A DNA stretch of 59,298 nucleotides, the filler included, from Sphacelaria rigidula (lineage: Eukaryota): assembly GCA_964200075.2 (NCBI GenBank). It is 4 parts of 4 records of this genome, joined end to end, with 100 filler letters (N's around TTAATTAATTAA, not from the genome) between each part and the next. Parts side by side here need not be neighbours in the genome. Positions count along the whole stretch, not along the records: positions 14,853 to 29,602 come from CAXNAA020002065.1; positions 29,703 to 44,451 come from CAXNAA020002066.1; 2 more parts are not named here. One strand, given 5' to 3'. Position 1 is the stretch's first letter. Each line of letters starts with the position of its first letter. The position numbers were made by a program, and so were the translations under genes. Shown piece after piece: positions 25,201-37,964 of this stretch. The notes under the pieces were generated by a model. It did not search any database, was not told the origin of the DNA, and saw only the letters and a list, made by a program, of their open reading frames with translations.

Positions 25201-28200
25201 TATATTGTGTTTATCACCGTTTTCGCGCGTTGTAGATGAATGGCGACGCCCCTGACGATGTTATACGGAGTAATGACATATTTGGAGCATAATCAAGTTC
25301 AAAATAGGAAAGAGTACCCCCCCCTCCCACCCTCCCCGACGAGACAAGGTTAACGCATCTCCGCCGCTAACCATGCTCACAGCTGTAAGGTGTCGTGTGT
25401 GCCATTTTGGCCTGTTGGAAACAAATGGCAATGCTCCCGAGTATGGTGAACATCGATAGCATCGGAATGTTGTAGCTTTGAGATAAAGGAGGGATGCGAG
25501 ACTGCAGACAACCTTACCCTGGCAGAACAACGCCAGCGTGTCCCCTTTGTACCAGAACGTTGAGCTGAGAGGATTTGTAGGTGCCGTAAGCTACCTTAAT
25601 TTACCGAGGGTGGTGCGATCAGGCTATCACCGCGATTGTCGAAATGCCTGGCGACTGTGAAGAACAGCGTCACGACTTTGGGGACTGCTGTATCGTACAG
25701 TTGAACAGATACAAGGTACCTCGGATGTGTAGATAGCGGGTGGAGATGTGTGTTGCTTGATATTCAAGATGCCTGGAGTTGAACGAAAGCGCTTTGAGTG
25801 GCGCATGAGTAGTGCCATGTGGCCCTCCACCCGTGAGTCGTTCTAGAGATTGGCGTGGCGAGACAGTTGAAGCGCGGATAACCAGGGACGAGGTGAAGGC
25901 AGGAGGGAGTGAGCGGGGGGAGGAAGGGAACATTGAAGGCAGTCTGCAGCCGACGTACCCCTCACCACACTTTTGATATGCAGGTTAGGGGGCGTGGTGT
26001 AGAAGCGGGAGCAAGTTGCACCATAATCAACCGTGGAATATTGGAATCAGTTTCGCGTGATGGTTGCGGTCAAGTAAGGTGAGCAGTCGGAATCTGGTAA
26101 CTGGCGAAACAAAAGGAGGGCACTCGAATTGGGGTCCGGCGGAAGCGGGGCTCGGGTTTATTTTATTCTATTGCATCCTGTTCATTTGCCGTATATACCC
26201 GTTCACTGTTTTGTGATATCAAAACTTTCCTGTCTCTGATATTGCTAAACAATGGAGCAGAAGGCCGGGCGATCGATTTCTGACTGTGTTTTGTTGCTGC
26301 TGCTTGTTGTTTGATAGCAGGCATTTACTGCAGAAGTGGGGGTAGTAGAACGGGGCTTGTATATCCAGCTCGGCGAGGCGGGCGCTAAGACTGAGGCTCA
26401 GCTGGGAGAGGTGCAGCTGGAAGCGGCTAAGAGGCTGCGACATGTTCTCGCCACCAACAAGTGCGTTCTTCAGTTCATGCAATCTGTGTCAGGTCTGCTG
26501 GTCAGGACGCAGGGTGATCTCATTTTCACCACCACGCTAGTTCTCTGATCCTGATTTTTGGACGTTTTATACAGCTGACATATAATCAGTGTCATGTTGT
26601 AGGATATAGTCCTTGGCTAACGCGTAAAACACTCCTGGTTACGCAAGATGAAGTACCGGGAAGGATGCCGCATTGTGGCAAGTTACGGGTTCAACGGCAT
26701 ATATGGAGGGTGAAATAAAATCGAAAAAGTTATATCATGGATCGACATACTGGCACCGGTATGTTGCATCTATCGTGTTCTGTCATGTGTTTTGCCGAAC
26801 TCGCACTTGAGTTTTTTGTTCAAAACCTTTTTCCAGTAACGAGCGTTCGTGGGTAATTTGACGGCACAGTGGTGATAGCTCTCCCTTGCGGTATAGCAAC
26901 GCGAAGAAACGCAAGAGTGCCCGCGGACTCGCTACAGTAGTGTAGCTAGGTCACTAACTAGGCGCAGGGAGGCACACGAAGTGGTGATACTCGTGTTTGA
27001 GGACCAAAACCCGAGTGGGTGGGGTGACTCGTGTACAACATGGAGCTTGCGGCGCTACACGGAAGGTTTACTCAAGGAAACTCCGAGACTACCGCGGCAG
27101 GGAAGGAGTGTGTCCCGCCTTGGTACATAACACACGGCGGTCAAACGCGCTGCGCGAAGCTAGAAATAGCGAAGTACACGGCAAGGGTTCCTGCTTGTCT
27201 CTCCTGGCGACGAAAAGAAGGAAGTATTGGTTTCACCATGTGACTTATTTGGTTGGTTTTGTAGGTACGACGAAAGTGGACTGCACCTTTCATTGAGTTT
27301 ATTGTAGTGACGGGGGCTGCCGACCTCAGTACAGATACAAGCACCTACGTGGCTGCTGGCGCCGCGACTTATAATAATTCGAGGTACTAAAAAGCCGGCA
27401 TGACGTGTGGTAAAAAAAGTGAACGATCTTGCCAGTGGTCTTCATTTTGCCGCGAGTTCTTATCGTCTCTGTAGAGCTTCTATCGAAGGCTGTTCCGATG
27501 AGCGAAGTATATCACCCGCGACGACCCAGTCATATTTTTACCCAATCATGTCGCCGATGTAGTTATTGGGTGCTGAACTGCTGTCACGAGTTTCGCGCTT
27601 TGCTTGTTCATTGCTGGTTCGTGTCTTCAACGTTGGTGTATCAACGCTACTTGCGACTGCGGGTACTCATCACTGACATCCTAACTCTTCGTGCTGCTTC
27701 CTTACCCTTAGTTGTGCCGCCACTGTTTTCCTTCGTGGACCGCTTCTGTTTGTTCACCTTTGGCACGCTCGTCGATCTTGTACCTAATGACAATATGGCT
27801 AGACCAGAGCGGGATTCGTGGCGTATGAGCCGAAAATTCGCGACAATCAAATCAATGAAATAGAATAAAAAATAAATCAATCAGCTATTCAAAGGGTGTG
27901 GTAATCACTACTGTTCCTCATGTATCTTTAATTTTTTCACGTGTGCGGCAGGGAGAGGATGATCCAGGAGCTGCTGGCTCGGGGATGGATTCCGCTGTTG
28001 TTGAGATGGCTGGGCCTGGTACACCGCCCTAACTTGCAGGTGGAGGCGCTGTGGGCGCTCACCAACGTGGCGCAGAACACAACAGAGCACACCCCTTTGT
28101 TGCTCAAGGTACGTGCAAAATGTGGAGAAATATGCCGGTATGACGCCATGTTTTTCGGGTGAACTCTAGTTATTAGAACCATTAGGCATTTATCGAGCCG

Positions 28201-29047
28201 TCGGGCGAATATATATTTTTTTTTGCCATAGACTGAGAACCGCTACAAAGACGTCATGGCTTGTACGGAACAAGACAGAAAACAAATTAGCACATGTTTC
28301 ATGTGAACTAACACAAAACGAGCACGAAAGGAACTTTCAGACTTTGAGGGTTTAATGGACGTTCGAAAGTCTGTGACCGTAATGTAACTCCCTTTTTCCC
28401 CTGGCCGAAGTAATATTACTGAGTTTCCATGTGCCCGCGCGGAACTGGAGTTTCGAGCCAACGCCACGCGCTATTGTTTCCCGTACTGAAGCAGCATGAA
28501 AGCATGAAAAACTATCCAATTATCATGTCATGAGCAGCACACTGTTTGGCTAGAGGGCGTGCACGCGCCTCTTCTGCAGTAGCATCGGTACACGTAGTCT
28601 GCTTGTGGCACCTTTTTTTCCAGAGGGTAAGGGTGAACGTATTGACTTGGGCAGTATTACTCGATGGCGTTTATTCTTGGCTGATGAGTTTCATGTGCAG
28701 TTTTCTCGCGCGACGGTACGTCTGGGACCTCATGTAGGGGGGCACGTTCGTACATGAGGTCTGTGAGTAACAGTAGTCGCAGTAGTATAGTATCAATACA
28801 ATCATTGTTTTCGCATCTACACTCGGCTTTTATTCCTCTTCTTTTTCGTCTCCTTAATTTTTCGGTATTTCCGTCGCCGTTTGGCGCTGCGGCGGCAGCA
28901 TGGGGCGGTGAGCACGTTGGTGGGGCTTTTGCAGAGCCCGATATTTGAGGTGGTGGAGCAGGCGATGTGGGTGTTGGGTAACATGGCTCAGGAAGGTCAA
29001 GACGGAACGGCGGCCAGAGACGCTGTGCTCCAAGCTGGCGCCCTTGG
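22225..29047 (+). CDS. Importin-alpha-like armadillo-repeat protein with acidic N-terminal tract; 5' part, continues beyond the contig end
   Basis: Phase-consistent exons 22225-22324 (tentative first exon), 24184-24764, 26369-26460, 27952-28108, 28899-29047. They give QLEAAKRLRHVLA..IQELLARGWIPLLL..LQVEALWALTNVA..HGAVSTLVGLLQSP..VVEQAMWVLGNMA..RDAVLQAGAL, matching importin-alpha ARM1-3. Confidence 0.85.
24475..24587 (+). repeat. Coding (GAT/GAC/GAA)n tract encoding poly-Asp/Glu
   Basis: Directly visible, in frame within exon 24184-24764. Confidence 0.9.
27600..27882 (+). mobile_element. LINE-like 3' end fragment, intronic
   Basis: Ends in gcgacaatcaaatcaat...aatcaatc, like the other RTE tails. 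More diverged. Confidence 0.5.
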
Positions 29048-29525
29048 GTAAGCCTGTGCGCGCATAGCATTAGAGCACCGCGGTTACTTGTGTGGAGATA
29101 GCGGTACGCAGGGTGTTGCTCAGACGGGTAAGGTTTTCCCCAATTGATGGTGAAAATTTTCCAATCGACCTTATCGAGAGCCTGCTGTACGCCGAGGTGG
29201 AGTCGAATGAGTATCGCACGGTTTGGCTCCCGCGCCCCTCGTTGTGGCCTTTCCGCCGTTTGTAGAGTTTGTTACATATGAAGGATACCCGACCCGTCTG
29301 CTCCAGACGTACTTACTACACAGGGTAGTGACCGTTCAACTATCATGTTTCATTCATCATGATGCTGGGTTCCAATGATTTAAATTGGTCGAATCATTCC
29401 ACGCAGGGTTGGCATGTTGGAAATTCGCTCCTGCTGGCCCTGTTTTTCTCGGGGGGCGTCTGTCTGTCTCGCGTTCCGTGTACACTATCTAACCGCTGAT
29501 ATGTTGGGTGATTACATTGTAGCTT

Positions 29526-29561
<36 letters not shown>

Positions 29562-29602
29562 CCTCCCCCCGCCCCCCACCCACATCCCCCCCCAACCCTC
29601 TT

Positions 29603-29702
29603 NNNNNNNNNNNNNNNNNNNNNNNNNNNNNNNNNNNNNNNNNNNNTTAATTAATTAANNNNNNNNNNNNNNNNNNNNNNNNNNNNNNNNNNNNNNNNNN
29701 NN
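29603..29702. other. Artificial contig spacer
   Basis: Same 100-nt linker. Confidence 0.98.
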
Positions 29703-30244
29703 GGAGTCAGGAGCGTGGAGTGGTGCGGCCGCGGGGGGGGCGGGTGGGGGGGGGCGGGGGCGGGTTAGCCAATGGTACATTTTTGCACGAAAATACCACT
29801 TAATATCGTCAAAAGCATGAACTTTTGTTTGAACTCGCTTGATACCGATAAGACACACCGATCCTTACTGCTTGACACAGCAATTTACAGCCAAATATAG
29901 CGCATCGCGAGTGTGTTAGATCAACCCGACACACCCATGAGCCCCTGTTTTTCATGCAATCTCACGCCCTTCCCCCTACCCTGAGAAAACTATTTCTGTT
30001 CCGAAAATCTACGTTCCCTCCCTTTCTCGAGTTCCGTCCAGTAGGTGCTTCCGTTTATGTACCTTTGGTGTCCACCTTGTATCTAATGACCATGGCCGTA
30101 TCCAAACATTTAGCAAATCAGTTGATGTTGATGTGCGATAGTCAATCAACCCATCAATCAATTATCCATCATTTGTTTTCTTCCGACCTGCTCTTTGACC
30201 CACGGTTGTCCTACCCGTAAATACTGTGTATAAGAAAAAAAGAC

Positions 30245-30413
30245 ACATTACTCTTTTCCTTTTTTACCCATCTCTTGCGTTTCCTATTTTTGCCACGGGT
30301 GTTCTCTCTTGTGTTTAACCTTGGGTACTGTACGCCCATCTCCATGCGGATCATCACCACGGCTGGATCCCCCCGGATCAATGAATGTTCATGTGCGACA
30401 ATCAATCAATCAA
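30245..30413 (+). mobile_element. RTE-LINE 3' end fragment
   Basis: T-rich tract followed by caccacggctggatccccccggatcaat...gtgcgacaatcaatcaatcaa. Confidence 0.75.
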
Positions 30414-30804
30414 GAACAAACCATGCGGTGATTTTTCATTACCCTATTTTTCTTCCTCGTCAGCAGTGAACAGACGCAAGGAAAAGATATTCATAGTCGG
30501 CCAATGGAACGATTCTCAGAGGTATGTTGCGTCTTCTGTCCTCGAAATCCCTTGACGAATACATGTGGCCAAAAGCTCCGTATGTTCCTTGGGGAGAAAA
30601 TGATTTTCCACAAGGTTCACTTTCAAACATGTCGCGGAAGATAATAACAGACACAAGCCACGATTTCTTTTTCATATAATGTCACTACAATACTCCACAG
30701 TACGCACCTACTATAGCGAGAGAAGCTTGCGGGGTAGAGGATAAAATGCACATATATGTAATTACGCTGAAGCCTTGCTGCAGGGGACGGCCATTTGTAG
30801 ATTT

Positions 30805-31092
30805 AACTCGTTGCATCTTTCATATTTTTTTCTTCTTCAAAACAAACTATTTCTTCTCCGTTCCTTTCCACTCCTTCCCCGATTGTTTTTGTCCATTATT
30901 TTTCAGTTTACGCCCTTCATCTCTTACATCTTTTTGTTTTTGTTTCCAATTTTCTTCATGACAACAGTGAGCCTATCGTTACTGCTCACGTTGAGTACGT
31001 CTACTTGTGTCTAATCACGGCTCGGACCTCTCGGATCACTTAGTATGCGACAATAAATCAATCAAACAATCAAACAAACAATCAAACAATTA
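30805..31092 (+). mobile_element. RTE-LINE 3' end fragment
   Basis: T-rich tract followed by cacggctcggacctctcggatcact...tgcgacaataaatcaatcaaacaatcaaac. Confidence 0.72.
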
Positions 31093-31139
31093 CTCAAACC
31101 ATGATACTATGGTTACCGACTATTATTAATAACAGTATA

Positions 31140-34100
31140 CATGTCGTCCACACGATACTACATTGGAACTGCTTACTCTGACCCTCCTCGACCGCCACCC
31201 GTCTGGGGTTGGTTGTGTCGGGGTAGGCTAACCCCGTCGACAACACAAGCAGTAAGTAAGGGAGGGTAAGTTGGCCTACTGGCTTACCTGCGTGTCGTAT
31301 CAGTGGTAACGCAACAAATAGCTTAGGTAGTGGGTCAAGTCGACGGTGCCAACGTCCACGCTGAATCCTGCAGCATCGGAGTTCTACCCTAGAACGGGAA
31401 CCAAACTGAACCCCGCAGCTGTAGCATTTTACCCGGCGTTGAGACACTGTCACGGAAAGTACGTTGATGGAGATGAGGCACGTGTGAGTAAGTATCAGAT
31501 TCGGCGGACTGGAGGCAGCGGCCGACGCGGGACGGGCAGGCTGAACCCTTCCCGCGAGACCAAAAAGCAAGGCAAGTACCGTGATCGACGTGCCGAAGAA
31601 AAATCGGAACAGAAACAACAGCTCGCCTGTAAAATTAGGAGGCGCAACAGACCAGAAAGGAGAGCAGAACAAAAAGAAACACGCGTGAATATAGAGAAGG
31701 CTAAAGCTAGGACACGTAGTGGGGAGCTCAAAGTGGCCACATATAACGTCCGTGCACTGTCCCCCACGGGAAAAAACGGAGCGGGCCATACTGAGGTGGT
31801 CCTGAAAAATGTCAGGCAGTCGGATGTGATGTCATCGGGCTACAGGAAACAAGGACACCAGGTCGATCCGAATTTTGTGCGGCGGGATGCCGCGTCTTTT
31901 GTTGCGGGGCAGAGGGGGGCAAGGGAAGGGCCGGTCAACACGGGGTTGGGTTGGCAGTCAAGGAGTCGATCATCAGCAAGGCGACTTGGACTCAGGCACT
32001 CATCAGCAAACGCCTCATGTCGATGACTTTCAACCTAGCGAGTAAATCAAATGCTGCCACGTTTGCCGTCGCATACGCCCCAACAGGCACTCCACAGTCA
32101 AGAGAAGAGATAGGTTTGTTCTGGACTGAGTTGGACGGCATTGTGAACTGTATCCCCACAAGCATCACCTCATTAATTTAATGGACGCTAACGCGAGGAC
32201 TGGACGACGAACAGGCGAGGAGGGACGTGAATTGGTAGGAGCGTACGGCCGAGATGCCCGATCCAACGACCGTAACGACAACTCTCTAGTACAATTTGCA
32301 GGCGACAACAAGCTTTCCCTGGTCAACACGCTCTTTTCCACCCCCAAGGGAAACACTTCGCGTACGTTCAACGGTGATGCAAATCGAACCGCGGACAGAA
32401 AACGCATTGACTACATCATCACACGGCAAGATCACCGCAGCCTCGTTCGCAATATCACCGTCCACCTTCAACCCCCCAACTCGCCGGAATCTGGCCACAA
32501 CATCGTGTGCGCCTCAGTGCGGCTCCTTGGTCGCTTCGCACACAAGAGACCTAGACGAATCCCAACTGTGCGTACACTGATCGACAGACGGGCATTAGTA
32601 TCTGACCCCGTCCGACGTGAGCAGCTCACCCAGCTCATCATCAGCGAGCTCGAACAGAGTATACCTGGTGATTCAGTTTGTTTACTGGCTACGAACTTTG
32701 CCGACGTACTCTTGAGTGCCACTGAAAAGGTGATACCCCGTCTGACCCGAAAGCCACGTATACCGGAGTGGCTCGAGGATGCTGAAATCAGAACAGAATT
32801 CGAACTCACTTGGATGGGGAGAGAAAGGGCGAGATCAACGGTGAGACTGGGGTCATCTCCAGATAAACTCGCATGGCGCACATTGCGAACAGCATTCAAA
32901 AAGATCAAAAACGTGATCCAAGTTGGGGTTGACAAATATATGGATGTGTATGCTAGAGAACTAGAGTAGCGTACTCGAGCGGGGGACATGAGAGGATGGT
33001 ACAGACATCTCAACGGAGGGTGGAGACTGCCTGGACGACCAATCGAGAGTGAACGGCACATTCGAGATGAAGACGGCAATCTACTGCGGGACAGAGGTTG
33101 GATCAGTGGGAGATGGGAACGGTACTTTTCTACATTGCAAAAACGCCATATCAGCAACTATCGACCGCACCATCATCGACAAGATTGCTCAAGGACCAAT
33201 AGAGTTGTCACTAGGAGACCCACCAAGCCCAAGTGAAACTGAGGAGGCTCTGAGAGCTATGTCGAATGGCAAAGCAACCGGTCCGGATGGTATTCCTGCT
33301 GAAATCCTCAAGCTTGGACTCAACAGGGAGGCGTCGGACATTTTGTACCACTTGGACATCTGGCGAGGTGCCGCAAGAATAGAAAGATGTTACCATCAAA
33401 GTGCTACACAAAAAACAGGATAGGACCCAGTGTAGTAACTACAGAGGCATTTCACTTGTGGTACATACTGCTAAAGTTCTCCTCGAAATCGTAGCCAATA
33501 GGCTCGGTGATTTTTGTGAGGAAACAGATGTCTCCCCGGAAGAGCAGTGTGAATTTAGGCGCCAAAGATCGCCCATAGACATGATGTTCATAGTACGCCG
33601 ACGCCAGGAGTTGCGACGGGCGAGCAATATCCCAGTAAACATGTGCTTTATCGATCTGCAGAAAGCCTACGATTCTGCAGACCGCACGCTCCTGTGGGAA
33701 GTGCTTGCTCGGTTCGGCGTCCCGTTGCGAATGATCACGATCATCCGTATGTTTCACGACGGCATGCGAGCTCGAGTACAGCTAGATAGTGGCGAACTAT
33801 CAGCGTGGTTCGAAGTCTGGCAGGGACTCAGACAAGGTTGTGTTTCGTCTCCGCTGCTGATCAACATCTTCGGGGCAGGCTTGGTGGATGTGATCGTTCA
33901 GCGGTTTGCGGCGGACCCACTCATCGTCTCAGACTTGGTATTTCTAGATGATGCGCCACGAGGTGTCGGTGATGAACCCGTGGAAGAGACACCGCTGGAA
34001 AAGGTGCGACACGCGGTGTGGGCAATGCTTTATGCGGACGACGCCGGCACAGCCTCGAAGACCTCAGAAGTCCTTGCTCGAATGATGGCCGTGATAGTGA

Positions 34101-35447
34101 TGACATGCCAGGAATTCGGCCTGATGGTCTCCGAGAACAAGACAGAGTCCATGCGCCTTTGGTCAGTAACCAGTACCACAGAGGCCACCCTGCATATCAA
34201 AGCTGCCGGTCAACGGTATGAGCAGACGGGGAAGTTCATCTGCCTTGGTGGAGCAATCGACGCGGATGCGAAAATATCCATCGAGATCAACCGCCGTATC
34301 AGCGCGTCGTGAGCGCGTATCCGACAATATAGCTCCCAACTCTACGACCGACCCAACGCCGAGCTATCCTTGGAATTTCGACTGCTTAAAGCAGAGGCGG
34401 TGGAAGCTCTGTTGTATGGGTGTGCCACATGGACGCTACGTTCTGAGGACTTCGACAGTCTGCGCACTGCCCATCACAAGCTCTTGCTGCGAGTGGTTGG
34501 ATTCCGCAGGGGCGATCGCAATGGCTACAAGACTTTTTCGTACAGAGCGGTGCTCGAGATGACCAACTGCGAACGTATCGAGACGAATATCCGTAAACGT
34601 CAACTCTGCTTCGCGAGAGCCCTTGTTCGGCAGAAGGACACACGCCTTCCCAAGCGTGTCATGAGTGGTCGGCCTCCCACACGAGGACCCAAGGAGGTCG
34701 ACCGCCCCCCCAAGCAGTGGAAGGATACCTTAAAGGAGAACCTACGTGCGCTAGGGGCTGTCCCGCACAAAGGAGCCCCACGAAAGTGGTTCGTCTACGG
34801 TCTAGAGGTTAACGATGCATACGATTGGGTCACTGCGGCGAAGGACCTGGGCAAATGGCATATTGGAGTCGAAAAAGGGAGCGGAAGAGTTTGAGTACAC
34901 GTGGCGACGCGCGGACAAGCGAGAGTCAGACCATCGTCACAAGTGAGAGGCTGCTGCGTCGAGGGCTGCCAATCCGATAATCCTGTCTGCTCATACCGGT
35001 TGTTGATTATGTTCCGAGTCGGTGGCTCTGCGGTGCCCACTGGCTTGTGCCCGTATCTACTTTGCTGCCCTGAATCTCTTGGGCCTTTTCCGCTTCTTTT
35101 TTCTTCTTTTTTCTTCTTCTTTCTTCTATTTTTTTTTCCCCATCGTTGTATTGTGTTTTATTCTATTTGCTCTGTACTTTCCTCTTCTTTTCCTTTTTCT
35201 TGTTTCAGGTCGGCCATTTCTTTCTGTGCTTTGCTTGTGTTCACTTTTTGATCACTTTTTCTTTTTGTCACGACTTAGTCCGCTGTATCGTTCTGTTCGA
35301 CCCTTTTTTTTTTCTCCTGCTGATTCTTTTTCTCAGAGCGTGTTTCAGTTTCGTTTTTGTTGGGTACGTCTATATCTCTCATGAGACCACGGCTGGACCC
35401 CTGGGGGGTCAGTTAAAGTGCGACAATCAATCAATCAATCAATCAAT
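31140..35447 (+). mobile_element. Near full-length RTE-clade non-LTR retrotransposon (APE endonuclease + RT), inactivated by frameshifts and stops
   Basis: APE motifs KVATYNVRAL, DVIGLQETR (after a frameshift near 31808), AYAPT, MDANARTG, IDYII. RT motifs KATGPDGIPAE, NYRGISL, FIDLQKAYDS, GLRQGC, LYADD. T-rich 3' UTR and (CAAT)n tail. The 5' boundary is approximate. Confidence 0.95.
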
Positions 35448-37087
35448 GTCGATGCGAAATATACACACATACTATATTTTCAGTGCATCAACTCCAACGA
35501 TAAGTCTTGACAGTTTCAAGCTCGGATATTCCTAGGCGAATCAACTCCTGCCCCTCCCTATATACACACCTAGAAACCACCCGCGCAAGATCCTGTAGTT
35601 TCGGCTTTACAAAAACACAAGGCACCGACAGAACTATTAAGACGAGCCAACCTACAGCTATTGATAAAGTACGATCTAGCCTCGACAATTCCACGACTAG
35701 TACGTTCCGCCCCGTCACCTACATGGCGCCGACAGCATGATGACGAATGTACCTCCGACAAAAAGGGTTATGCTCGTCATTTTAGACCGTCAGGTGAAGG
35801 TGTCCGCACGGCCTGCTCAACCCTCAGCCACAACAGTACATATGGTAGGAACAGCGTCAGCACCCTCGATCACACATATTACGCGAAGGTTGGTCGGCGT
35901 CCTAACCGTATCCTCGCGCGAGCGAAAACTCACCAACAAGCAATCTCTCTACCGTAAAAACGACAAAAGTCGCTTTCACTGTACGAACGCATAACCTCCA
36001 TGTTCCACTGCTTCGCAAGGAAGCCTGTCGGCCCCCCTACCGAAAAAAATAACACGAGATCGGAGCTCGACAAACCAGCGACATCAAGAGACGGGACGTG
36101 GTCGCACAGCGAGACGTGGGCGTTGGGAAATAATGCTTCTGGCGTCTGCAGCGATGTAACCGACAATATCGCGGGCATATTTCGCCAGGACAGGCGACAA
36201 GATTCATATCTAGAGTGAGAGGCACCCGGGGGACTTCAAACTCAGATAAGCCGAGATTTGAGGGATAGATTGTAGGGTGTGGATATTATATTTACTAAAC
36301 GGCAAAATTCCAGCAAATCCTGCTGAAAATACGAGTACAAAGGGAGTCGATGTTTACCGAGACACAAGATGAGACCATGAGACACAAAAAAAAACACAAG
36401 GAGCAAAGGTGGTGCGAGCGATAGATACTACACATGTACGCACCCGGAGCCAGCTGCTGGGCCAGCGCCTCCATCTGCCCAACCCTGTCGGCGAAGGTCT
36501 CATCGTCATCCTCCATAGCGTCTTCATCATGGTGTGGGTCATCACGGTTCCCATGCCCGTTAGCCATACGCCGTTTCCCCTTTCCTTTACCTCGGGAAAC
36601 TGTCCGGCAGGCCGCCAACCAAGCCCACCGCCCCCAACCCCCCATCCCGCGGGCAACAAACGCAGTATCGGTGGGAGTATGAGTCGATGACAGGGCCAGT
36701 AGTTCTACACATGTATGTTGTGTGTGTGTCGTCACCCCATCTACAGTAGTCAGCATCAGAAGTATGCAGCATTCGTAGATTCTTAGTTTCTCAAAGCTTG
36801 TCCAATTTTTTTTCGCTTGCCACCGCTCACCACACTGACTGTTGGATGCCAAGAAATGGGCATCCGGAGATATTTGAGTCCTCTTCACAAATATCGAAAG
36901 AACGAACATCTGCGATCAATATTTGAGTGACTTACGGGCTTGACCGATCTTTGGGGGGTCCTGCGAAAATGCGACCCCAGGTTCTTGCTTTTCGGTATTT
37001 TCGGTGGACCGACTCGATCCCGGTCATAAAAGGGAAGACGCAAAAAGGATCGCGTTTATGAAATTCCACCTAGTCACTGCGCTCAAG

Positions 37088-37574
37088 CCGGGGAACTGTG
37101 TTTCTTTTTTTTACCATTTACGGTCAGTAACACCCTCCTGATAAACGGGGTCTTTACCCGGTATCGCCCCCACAACACTAACTTGGGCAATTGTGATTTG
37201 AGCACGGTTTGCTTATTTTGCCAAAACTATCGACGCTAGCACTTTCGAGTGCTCATAGAAGATGTTATGCGAAAACCCCCGAAAATATGCCTGTGCAGTA
37301 TAGGAGGGAAACACGATCTCAATCGCTATTGTGTGGAATTCTATACGTATTCATTACTTTGAATATTTACCGTTTCGTTGCGGAAGAGCGGGAAAACTGC
37401 TTATATTGGACCAAAAACGGTCAATAGCTCCCTCCTGATGAACGGGGTATCAAGTCCGTATCGCCCCAAAAACACCAACTTGAGCACTGCAGTTTGAGCG
37501 CGGCCTACGCTTTTTCCCTATATCTACCGGCGCTAGCACTTTCAAGTAGTAGTGAAGAATAGTATGCTAGAAAA
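37088..37574. repeat. Diverged direct repeat pair (~190 bp, ~300-bp period)
   Basis: ccctcctgat.aacggggt...gtatcgcccc...aactt...tttgagc.cgg...cgctagcactttc at 37088-37275 and 37388-37574. Confidence 0.75.
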
Positions 37575-37624
37575 GGTAAAAAACTACAACAAGTACAAAT
37601 TCTGAAAACTTCTGATGCTGACTG

Positions 37625-37964
37625 CTATATTCTGGACGCCAGTCTAGACCTGTCGGTGTATGTGGGCGCATGAGCCAGGGCTACACAGGAAGATGAACAT
37701 CGGAGTTTTTCTTTATTTTCGTTTGTTTTTAATATCTCCACCTTACTTCTACGGTGTTTTTTTTTTTTAACCCGAGGAGGTTTCAGCGGTGCCTTGCCCT
37801 GGTCGACCGTGAAGTGGAACTTCGTGTATCCACGACATCGTCGTTCTCCACCGTTGGGCATCATATGAGAAAAAATCCCAGATCGTGTGACTTCGAGATC
37901 CGACCCCACGTCACAACCGTCATGAGGTTCCGAGGTTACAACCTGAGCCACAGAGGCGGCCGGC
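37625..37964 (-). mobile_element. tRNA-derived SINE, family 1
   Basis: Head gtggctcaggttgtaacctcgg; body shared with the other two copies. Confidence 0.75.

Noticed and set aside
25627-25830. Copia RNase H-like words (THISTRYLHIR; similar weak signal at 35800-35950)
   Set aside because: Too short and degenerate to call without a profile search.
28899-28907. 9-nt microexon (cag|CATGGGGCG|gtgagc)
   Set aside because: Read-through gives HGAVSTLVGLLQSP, which fits the ARM repeat, so it is one continuous exon.
31140-31345. HDV-like ribozyme at the RTE 5' end (CCTCCTCG and GGCTAA words, several stems)
   Set aside because: I could not build a consistent P1/P2/P3 double pseudoknot by eye. The region is structured, but a motif search would be needed.
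34901-35535. Phe/Leu-rich membrane-protein-like ORFs (also 2895-3261, 17116-17579, 30746-31014)
   Set aside because: They are translations of the T-rich LINE 3' UTR.
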